A stretch of 64,000 nt of DNA from Eutreptiella sp. 'Long Island Sound 2002' (lineage: Eukaryota; Protista; Euglenida): the NCBI GenBank assembly GCA_964036045.1, contig OZ038379.1:8866001-8930000 (forward strand), written 5' to 3'. Under the pieces are notes generated by a model, which saw nothing but the letters and a program-made list of their open reading frames with translations, searched no databases and was not told the origin of the DNA. Shown in pieces: positions 53,898 to 64,000 of this stretch (position 1 is its first letter; every line of letters starts with the position of its first letter). The translations under genes and the position numbers were made by a program.

Positions 53898-54498
53898 ACA
53901 AGGGAATTGCGTCCCGTGGGTGGCAGTACATGTGTGTTGTCACCAGGCCACCCCCGAGATGATACGACCGCATGTGTGCACCCACACCTGCATGTTTTGT
54001 TGTTTGTTTGTGCTGGGCCCCAGTGAGCAACCCAGCCAAAGGGCACCCCCAGCGCCAAGTCAATTGGGTTGTCTTTCCTGCGCTGCCTGTGGCAGCACCA
54101 GCCGTCTTGTGCAGGTGCATGTTCCTGCACCCCGTAGTATAGCAAACGCCTTACAGGCACAGTGTCGGTACCTCCCCCCGACGCGCAGTGAAACGAAAGG
54201 CAAAGGCCTGGAGTGATGCCAGCTACTCTATGATGCAGGGTGCTACCCCAGCAGAAACCACAGATGTGATTAATCGTGAGTTGTAGGCACCAGCTGAGTG
54301 GCCCTGACCCAGAGGTTGTGGTGAGGACAGCTCTATCTGACCTGGCCTATCCCTTGACCCTCAGCCGTAAGGGTGCATGGACACTGGTACCCACTGCCGC
54401 GAACTGCACTGGTTCTTTGTTGCACTGTGCTCACTCTACAGCCTCATGCTGCAGCTTTGAGAAGAGCTTTCGTTGTTGTGCTGTGCTTTGTAAACACT

Positions 54499-54720
<222 letters not shown>

Positions 54721-54853
54721 GCTCTGTTCTTTGATGAGGTAGATCCTTGTGCAGCATTGGGTTGGACGTCCCATTCAGCTCAGGTCTGCTGAGGCCTCTG
54801 TGTGACGTTGTTTCCCCCCCTTCTGCGGAATCAGACCCTCTGTGTTTGGTTGG

Positions 54854-57800
54854 TTATGTGACCGAAGTACTGGCTCTCCCATGCCTCGACAAAAAGAGTG
54901 GTCGGGCTACTGCATCCTCGGCTTCGTCACCTTCCAGTCCCTGTGGAACAGGTGGTGGGGGGGATGGGGGCGGTGGTGTTTTCGGCCTTCTGCGCTTGGG
55001 CGCCGGTGGCGTGGGCGGTTGGTGTGGGGACCTCAGCAGACCTGATGAGTGCCGTGCTGGCCTTTGCAGGCAAGGTTTTTTGTGGGGCAACAGAGATTGC
55101 ATAGGGAGAGTACGTTTCCTGTGTGCCGGGACCGGGGTGCATACCTTGTGGTGCCCCCGGTCACAACAATGGCGCACCCCTCTCTGCTTGAGGGTACATC
55201 TCGGGCAGGGGGGTAAGTTATGCAAGGGGCATAGTTGCAACTGTGGCCTACGAGCCACGTGGCTTGCTGCGTGATGCCCGAGCTTGCAGCACTCTTCTGC
55301 CGATTTGCGCAGTCTCTTGCAGGTCATTCATGCCAGCGCTGTGTGTGCCACGCATTTGGAATGGTCGACCCTCGGTGCCAAGTGTGGCGTGGTGTGTGTT
55401 GACACGTGTCTGCGCGTGCCTGTGTAGGGGCGTTGTGGCAAGCGCCCATCCCCAATAACTGGGAAGAAATCGGCCCCAAAAGACGAGTTCGATCCCCCCC
55501 CCTTGGCTGGCATTATCTGCTCTGATGGGGGTGCCAGTCCTGTCTGCAGATTGCCACGGAGAGCCCGGTGCAGCCTGTGTGATTCCACTTCTGCGGCTGA
55601 CCTGCGCGGGCGAGATGCGTATGGCCGTGGCGCATGCACTCTGTGCGCACCCACTTTGGAGGACCATAATTGTTCGCAGTAATCTGCCAACTTTTGGATG
55701 TGGAAAAGCATTGCATTCCTGCCTGCGAAATAAGGGCGGCAATTCAGCCCACATAGCGCTGGTCCTCCCTGAGGGACCAACGAACTGCATCGCGTGACGA
55801 TGCGTGCTGGGTGCAGTTGGCCTTTGGTGACAAGTCGCTGCACACTGTTCATGGCCAGCCGCAGCACCCTGCCCCTTTCATGCAGTGAAAGTGTCGTTCC
55901 CTTGAATTTGGCTTGTGGTGCATGTGGCAGGGTACGCTCGGCAAATTCTTCGAAGTCCAGAGCTAACTCTAAGGAGGTCACTGAACCCGGTTCTTGTGTC
56001 CAGGTCAGAGCCCTCAACCATCGCAGAAGATCGGCAAGGAATGGCGTTTCCCACGGCCACTCATGCTTTTTGGGGGTGCGGAGCAGTAGTGTGTCTTTCT
56101 CCCCACTATATGGTAGTGGCCCTACCAACTGTTGGTATGGGTACTGTCGTAACTGTTGTGACCGGGCGGTTCCTGGAAAAACGGCTGGGGCCTGCGCGTC
56201 GCGCACTTTCCGAGCTTGCAAGACAGCTACGAACATGGTATGCAAAGTGTTCAAGAAGGTGTAGGCCCTCCCTGATTTGATGCAGTCATCTGGGATTTCA
56301 GGTGCCAGCCCACAACATCTGAGGCATGGAGGCCATTGATCTGGGGGGAGAAGGCTCGGTATGTGTGCGGCCGCATCGAGGACGTCAGGCATGTGAGCGG
56401 TGCGTGCAGTGTGCCAAGCAGTGCAGTGCCACAATATGTGTTCCTCGTCCTCTGGTGCATTGCCACAAAAAGGGCATGTCGAGGCCACGCGCATACCCCT
56501 CTGGTATGCCCTGAGTGCCGTCCAAGTGGCTCCAGAGAGGATGCCCCGGAGGATGGACCGCTGTAGTTCCGTGTCAAAAGCAGCTACACTGGGTTGTACC
56601 AGCTGCCTGCACGTGGCGTAATGGACCCCAGCAAAAAGTCGGGGCCGCCGCTGCACTAACGCATCCAGCATTTGGGAACGCAGCTGTTCACGCACTTCGT
56701 GCTTCACTGTGTTTTTGTCCCCGTAGAGTAGCAGGGGGTCGCTTTTCCCTGGTACCTTCCAACTCCACCACCCCTGCACTGACACCCACCCACATTCGTG
56801 TGCGGTGTGAATTGCACGGCCGAAAGGCCCAGACCCCTTGTGGCACTGATCTGTTTCCCAAATCGCCTGGCCGGTGATCTGGTTTGCACCTCTGGTGCGG
56901 CATAGATGTGCCAGCCATAATATGCGGTGGTATTTGTGCACCAGAGTTGGTGCAATTCTGTGTCCCTTGCAGAGCAAGGTGAAGAAAACTTCCTTGGCCC
57001 TGCCGGGCCGTGATGGCCCCCAGATTGTCCTCATGACCTTCGATTCAAATGGCAGCAAATCCCTAGGTCGCAGGGGTACTATCTCCGCTGCATGCAAGCC
57101 TGTGGCGGTGATCATTGTCGAAATGACATCGCACCGCCGTTCAAAGTTCCCTTGTGCCCCGTGTACCCTGCTGAGTAAACTGCATGCCCTAGCGACGCGT
57201 TTGAGGATTAACGGGCCCGAGCAAGTGGCGTCAGTGGTGCGGACGCCCGCTCCCAAAGATTTAAACTCCGTGGAGATGGGGAAGGGGACTCCTTGCAACG
57301 CAGCCTGCACTGGATGTTGCTTGTCAGACGAGAAGCCGACTGATTTCTTCGCATTTACCCCTTGACCTGTGTCCTGCAACCAGGTGGACGTGCATTCCAA
57401 CAGCGGCGTGAGTGTGTTGGACCCCGCTGCAAAACCATACATGTCATCTGCATACCCTAGTGCCGTCAGTACGTAATGCATCACCTGCACTGGCTGATCA
57501 CTGGGGGGGAGTCTCTGCACTGAAACCGTGATGCCTTGCTGCTGGGCATCTAACACACGCTTCCAAACACTCGTCATGAGGTTTATGAGGATAACACTCA
57601 ATGGACAACCTTGAAGTATGCCGTTTGTGGCAGCGAAAAAACTGGCGCAACATCCCATGATTTTAAAACAGCGTGTGAGTGTGTGATACATGCCACTGAG
57701 GGCTCTGTGTGTTCCTGGGTCCATGCCCTGCGCGAGGGCAATGTACAGAACAATGGACTGCGGTATCAAATCAAAGCACTTCACATAATCCAGCCCGAAA

Positions 57801-59956
57801 CCGTGCAAGACTTTCTTTATGAGTTTTTGCAGCTCAACAAGCATCGAGATATGAGAGGCTGCATCTGTGGCTCCCCTCTTTTTCCTGATGCCATACGCAT
57901 GAGGGTGGATCCAGTGTTCCTGCCACTGCATGCATTCCTCCAGGCGTATACCGGCCCAGACTCTGTAAATTTGAGACAAGACTGACAGGGGCCTCTGCTG
58001 CATGGGCAGCATGCCCTCCCCGTTTGGAATGAGGGAGACATATCCCCTCGCCAGGATGATTGGCCAGCAGCCACTTTGTTCTATGAGGTGCAATAACTGA
58101 GACAGCATGTCCAGCAGACGGACAGGCAACAGTAGCAGATCAGCCACACACCACCCATCCAGCCCAGTGGCCGTATGCACCCCCATTTTTCTCAGGCGTT
58201 TTGCGAGGCGGGCTCCCGTGATGGGATTCGCCTGCATGCGCGCTCCTTTTTGGAAAAACCGGTCATACTTTTGCGCAAAAGCGCGCACGTCGCGCTCAGG
58301 TGTGTCCGCATATTTTCTCATGACTTTGTCCCATGAGGCGTGCAAAATTTCATCCATCCGCTGGATATTGGATGTGGGTTGATTGGTGTCAGGGTCCAGA
58401 AGCATGACCAGGGGGGGTTGGTATTCATTTTGGATCCATTTGCACACTTCCTTCGGTTTATCTATCCATGCACTGTCCATTTTGGCTTTCCATTTCTCTA
58501 GTCTGGCGCGTTCCTCATGTCGGGCATATTTTTTCCCCAATAAGCACAGCTGGTCGTACGTATGCATGGTATCGACCAGTGCTGGCAACGGGCGGTCACT
58601 GGGAAGCGTGGGATCAGGGGCCAGCGCAACAAATTCATGGAGTAACAGATCCTCTCGAAAGGCTGAGCCCACTTTGCGCATGCGACGACACGCAGCCTTC
58701 CACGACAGCTCTACCTGTTTTGGTATGGCACCTGGTCTGAAAATCTGTCTGGCCTTGCGCCTGGCCGAGGCTGGCACCTTTTTCCCTTTAATGCCTGCCT
58801 GGCTGCGCTGCCATTGTATCACTGTGCGGAGAGCGCCCAGCGTTCCTGTAATTTTAGAGAGAAGACGTGTTCTCGGCCCCCCTGTGGGGGCTATGCTCCG
58901 CGGAGCCAATGTGGTCTCCTGCAGCATGCGCTCTGTGCCGCGCCCCCTGGGAGTCGCCTTGGGAGCAAAAGGAAGTTCAGGGGCAGGGGTGTCAATCGTG
59001 AGGTGGGTGCACGACAGTGCCATGCCCACTTCTTCCGCAAGCCAGGTCCACTGTGCCCAGATGGCATTCACATCTCCCCCGAGCAGTAGCTGTTCCCACT
59101 CGTCCTGATGCGGACGGAGTAGGGTCTCGCTGATTTTCTGCGCGTCTTTCTCTGACCTTGGGGGGGGTAGAAAAGGAGGTAGCTTCCTCATTTTAATGAC
59201 TTTCTGGAGCGGGGCATCCAGAGAAAAGGTAAAGCATACTGGGACATGCCCCGGAAGGGAATGATCATGCAAAGCCGAAACATCAGCCAGCGTGCCTGCC
59301 TGAGCTGGAGTGACTAGAAGACCATCAATGCGGTTAGCAGACTTGCCGTCCTTTGAAAAGCCGCACACACACGGCTTGCCGTGCAAGATGGCATGGGCTC
59401 GGTCAGCGTCCACCAACCAGCCATCCGCCATCGCAGTCAGTGGGGCCGACGGAATTTTATGCAAGATATCAAAGTTGAAATTGGCATCAGTGAGTAATAT
59501 ACAGCCTGCGTTCCCCAGCCGGCTCAGGTAGCAAATAACCAATTCCCAAAATTCCCGATTCAGTGTTTCGTTGCCCGCCACGCCATATGCAACACATACG
59601 TTCAGCACACATTGTCCTGCACCTATTCCTGCACTGGTATGCAACCACCGCCCTGAATGCCATAGCCCGCAGGCGATGGGATCATCCTCATCTGGTTCTA
59701 CTTTGCGTACATTCCAGCCCTTTTTGAACAAGAGGCCCACTCCCCCTTGTGGTGCACCCCAAATACCCCCAGTGGGGGAACTCAGTGGCTTCCCCCAATA
59801 ACAGTCCCATCCCCATTCTGCTGCAGTGGCCTTCATGCAGCGTTGCCCGGCTTCTGTAAGCCGAGTCTCCTCCATTCCAATGACATCAGCCTGAAAATGG
59901 AAAACGTCCTCATGGCGGACGCGCAGTGATGTGACATTTGTATTGATAAATTTCAA
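54854..59956 (-). CDS. LINE copy 1 ORF2: APE endonuclease, RT, CxxC..HILWHC zinc motif and C-terminal Cys/His extension (one premature stop near 55328)
   Basis: NTNV..L, GMEET, GGVGLL, DANFN, RIDGLL and DHSLPGH (APE); GLDGW, RPLSVLS, DYVKCFD, QGCPLS and YADD (RT); CPFCGNAPEDEEHILWHC. TGA replaces the TGC seen in copy 2. Confidence 0.95.
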
Positions 59957-59994
59957 AGGACCTGTGACTGAGTGCCTTCATCCAAGGGGGGGGG

Positions 59995-61804
59995 TCAAAG
60001 GATACTATCATCCTCCTCCGTCGCAGTTGCCCCAGGGGGTGAGTCTTCCATCTCCTCATCTTCAGGGACCGCACATCCTTGCACTGCTGGAAGGACAGAT
60101 TTCTTCCCTACAGGTGTGTACAGGGGACCAGTGGACTTGCGCAGGCACCGATGCCATCGGCGGACAGGCATTCTCGAATCGCTTGCTGGTGCAGTGCACC
60201 CATCCTAGCCCGGAGGCACTCCGGTAATGTCAAGGTCAAAGACAGGGTTCACCAGTCCACTGTGTCGGAGGTGCTGGCACCGTGTGACCGTGACCGTCTT
60301 TGGTCCAAAAACCCTATCAGCCTCTCTCTGTGCAGCGGACTGCGATCCTGAGACAAGTCCCATAGATATACCGTATCCCCTCACCCTCACACGTGTTACG
60401 GGGGGGGCGAGCTGAATTCCCAGCAGGCCGGCAATTTCCTCTCTGACTTCAGGGAGGACAGGTCCCCCCCACACCCTGACCCCAAGGCGGTCTTCCTTAT
60501 CCCCTGCAATGAGGCCAGCGAACCATGGCTGCTTGCTCAGCTTGCGCCATTGTTCAGCGATAGAGCGCCTGTTGGAGGAAGGGAGTTTGACCCATACCAT
60601 GTTGGCCTGTAGGTCATCTGCATCTACGTCTTTACTCATGAACAGCCTGTACTCCAGGCCCGTCACTTTCCCACTGTTACACAGTACTTGTTTCGCCATG
60701 GGGGCAGGCAACACTATGGTCACCTCATACTTGGCACCCCGTTTCCCTACTTGCATGGGGCGGGGAGCTGTCAGAGTCGGCTGTAAGTGTGGGGCAGTCA
60801 GTTCCCAGCACTTGTCCTCAGCCCAGCGGCTTGCTTTGATTTTGGCCTCGCCCCCCTGCCCTACTCGCAGGACAGCTGGGTCTAAGCAGCTGACAATTCT
60901 GATTGCAGTTTTGTCTTGTGGCAGTTGAGCCGGCTCGGAATCGTTACATTCGACGCCCTCTGCCGGCCTTTCCCAGCTTAGGAGAATCGAGTGTTCAGGA
61001 GGGATCACAGTTGTGTCCGGATCCTTCTTTACTTCCCATGCCATTCGTTTCGTGATCACCTTGATGCTGAGGGTGAAATCCTTGATCTCCAGGCTCTCTC
61101 GTGAGCTGCCCGGCGCAGCAAGAACACCCGGGATGTTGATGACGTTGCGTTTGCACCCCACTGCCAGCACGTGTGCACTCACGCTCTTAACACTATCGTA
61201 TTTCGCCAATGCCTGCGCAGCAATCGCATGTGCTTCCGCCGGTGGTCGGCCAACGAGTAGGATATGCTCAAATGCTTTCGCAGTAGCTTCAGTGACCTTC
61301 CAGTCATGAACAGGTTTGCTTGCACCAATTTGCTGAATGGAATTGAGCTGAGCTTTCCGTGTCCCCGCGTAGAGGCGACACCCCTGCACTGCTGTAAAGG
61401 CGTGTTTGCCTTCAATCTCGCGTACCGCGGTTGCTGTGGGTTGCAGCGGTTCCCCCAGGTTCGGGACATCCTTCACAATGAGGTGGCTCTGTGACTTCAT
61501 TCGCCGAGTGAGAGCGGCGCGATATGGGGATTGTTGTTCCTCCGTAGCCGTTGCGGGCTGCTCCTTGGGGGGGTGCGCTTTTACCCCCTGCTGCTTGCAG
61601 TGCTGCACGCAGTTCACGAATTGTGTCCTTCGGCTCTCGGATGACTCCTAGGAGTTCTTCTTCCCGTGCAGTGTTCGCTGTCGGCTGCGGCTGCGGCTGC
61701 GGCGGCTTCTTTCCACTGAGAAGTGGTGCAACGGCAGTTGCCAAAGCTTGCAGGAGCTCTGGCCGCCGTAGCACTTCCATAAGTTCATGAGCCAAGCCCG
61801 ACAT
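59995..61804 (-). pseudogene. LINE copy 1 ORF1, disrupted by one frameshift (about 61.6 kb) and one nonsense codon (about 60205)
   Basis: The pieces align colinearly with the intact 606-aa ORF1 of copy 2 and both end in ..SIL*. Confidence 0.9.
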
Positions 61805-61957
61805 TGTGTGTGACCCGGGGGGTCGTGCCGAGCAGTGGTTTCACAGGCCCAGGGTGGGGCATGAGCAACCCGTGTGGGGGACGTATCACCGATATGCGTG
61901 CCTGTTTGGCTTTCGGTTGGGATTGCAGTGTTACCAGCTGGCAGGCACCAAACAAAA

Positions 61958-62119
<162 letters not shown>

Positions 62120-62120
<1 letters not shown>

Positions 62121-62767
62121 TCTGTACTTTTAGAGGTGGATCCTTGTGCAGCGTTGGGCTGGACGCCTCATTTGGCTCAGGTCTGCTGAGGCCTCTTTGT
62201 GACGTTGTTTCCCTCCCTTCTGCGGAATCAGAACCTCTGTATTTTGCTGGCTAGGTATCCAGAGTGTTTGCTCTCCCGTGCCTCGTCACGAAAAGCGGGC
62301 GGGCGACATCCTCGGCCATGGTCTCCTCCAGCCCCCGTGGAACTGGGGCTGGTGGGGACGGAGGGGGGGGTGTTTTCGGCCTCCTGCATTTGGGGGCTGG
62401 AGGGGTGGGGGATTGGTGTGGGGACCTCAGCAGACCCGTAGAGATACGTGCAGGCCCTTGCAGGCGTGGTCGTTTGTTAGGCAGTTGTGCATGTGCAGCA
62501 AGTGGGCGCTTCCGGCGCGCAGGCACTGGGGTGCACACTTTATGGTGTCCCCGCTGACAGCAGTGGCGCACTCCCCTTTGCTTGAGTGTGCACCTCGGGC
62601 ACGGTGGCAGGCCATGCAGTGGGCACAGTTGCAGTTGCGGTCTGCGTGCTATGTGGTCATCAGCGTGATGTCCCAGCGCACAGCATGCTTCAGCTGTGCG
62701 CCGAAGTCTCTTGCGGGTCGTGCATGCGTCAGCAGAGTGCTAGGCACACTTTGACGGATCAGCCGGC

Positions 62768-62769
<2 letters not shown>
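62120..62769 (-). mobile_element. 5'-truncated LINE fragment (about 650 bp), nearly identical to the 3' end of copy 2
   Basis: Matches about 43591-44240 and is flanked by (GT)n on both sides. Confidence 0.95.
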
Positions 62770-62801
<32 letters not shown>

Positions 62802-63077
62802 TGTATAGCGTGTGTGTGTGTGTGTGTGTGTGTGTAGCGTGTGTGGGTGTGTGGGTGTGTGGGTGTGTGGGTGTGTGTGTGTGTGGGTGTGTGGGTGTGT
62901 GTATAGCGTGTGTGGGTGTGTGGCCGTGTGGGTGTGTGGGTGTGCGTGTGTGTGTGTGTGTGTGTGTGGGTGTATAGTGTGTGTGGGTGTGTGGGTGTGT
63001 GGGTGTGTGGGTGTGTGGGTGTGTGGGTGTGTGTATAGCGTGTGTGGGTGTGTGTGTGTGTGGGTGTGTGGGTGTGC

Positions 63078-63139
<62 letters not shown>

Positions 63140-63288
63140 TGTGTGTGGGTGTGTGGGTGTGTGGGTGTGTGGGTGTGTGGGTGTGTGGGTGTGTGGGTGT
63201 GTGGGTGTGTGTATAGCGTGTGTGGGTGTGTGGGTGTGTGGGTGTGTGGGTGTGTGGGTGTGTGTGTGTGCCTGTGTGTGTGTGTGTG
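62770..63288. repeat. Compound (GT)n / (GTGTGGGT)n microsatellite
   Basis: Read directly. Confidence 1.
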
Positions 63289-64000
63289 ATCTGTACTATT
63301 TACGAGGTTGATGGCTTTTAATGTCCTGGCCGCTCTTGCGACGGGAGGGTTAGGGGTTAGCGGGTTAGAGCCTGCCTGAAGCCTGCCCTATCCCACCCCC
63401 GGCCCCCCGGTATGTCGCGGCGCGGCGGAAGGACGCCTTCCTGAGGCTATGTGCCCTCCTCGGAGGCCCTCCCGTGGCCCTTATCTGGGCCCCGAGTGCC
63501 GCCGCGGGGCGACGCCGCCGTCCCCTGCCCTGCTGGGCCTCCCCCCTCCCCCCCGGTCACGGGGGCTGGCATAATCGCCGACCCTCCTGAGGGCAACACG
63601 CCTGCTCGCTGCTGTAGCCCCCCCCCCTGCACCGGCAGGCACCGTTGTCCTCCCCCCAACACCCTGGGATGCCCCTCGTGATGGCGGCTGCAGCAATGCC
63701 GCACCCCCCTGTGCCCCTTGCATGACTTGCATGCCGGGGCCCTGTGCTCATCGCACAGGGTCTGCATGGGGCGCCGCGGCTGCCCCACCCGTTTTCCCCC
63801 TGCCCGCTGCGCCCTCTTCTGTGGGGGGGAGGGGGGCAGGGTCTCTCCCTGATGCCCTGTGACTGCCCCTGGAGAGGGGTCTTGCCCCGCCCGCGCGGCG
63901 GACGTCGCCGCCACGGCCCCCCTGGAGCCGTCCCCTGTGGGGTGGGGGTCTGTCGACATCTCCTGTCCCCCCCCTGAGGGGTCCCCCACCGCCGCCTCCG
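63289..64000 (-). mobile_element. 3' end of a more distant LINE family, running off the window
   Basis: Same terminal GTACAGAT(CA)n as copies 2 and 3; ORF contains CDEHRAPACKSCKGHRGVRHCCSRHH, homologous to the ORF2 C-terminal module. Confidence 0.8.

Overview
Eukaryotic, GC-rich, repeat-dense genomic DNA; the taxon cannot be fixed from sequence alone (protist or alga style). There are two zones. (1) About 1.85-42.8 kb: one minus-strand, intron-rich host gene, rebuilt here as 21 GT-AG exons (about 3.06 kb, about 1,020 aa). It encodes a patatin/cPLA2-type lipase ([36 protein letters not shown]) whose catalytic halves are separated by many transmembrane segments. Its introns hold short non-autonomous repeats, many bounded by G/C homopolymer runs. 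(2) About 43.35-64 kb: a stack of retroelements, each bounded by (GT)n/(CA)n microsatellite. It contains four minus-strand APE-type LINE copies (one full length, one with an internal RT deletion, two 3' fragments) and one plus-strand Penelope-like element. That element has an N-terminal GIY-YIG nuclease, a roughly 165-aa insertion in the RT palm, an FKDN catalytic motif and a 3' array of structured repeats. No rRNA, intact tRNA or CRISPR array was found. All calls come from manual reading and motif recognition; no database searches were run.
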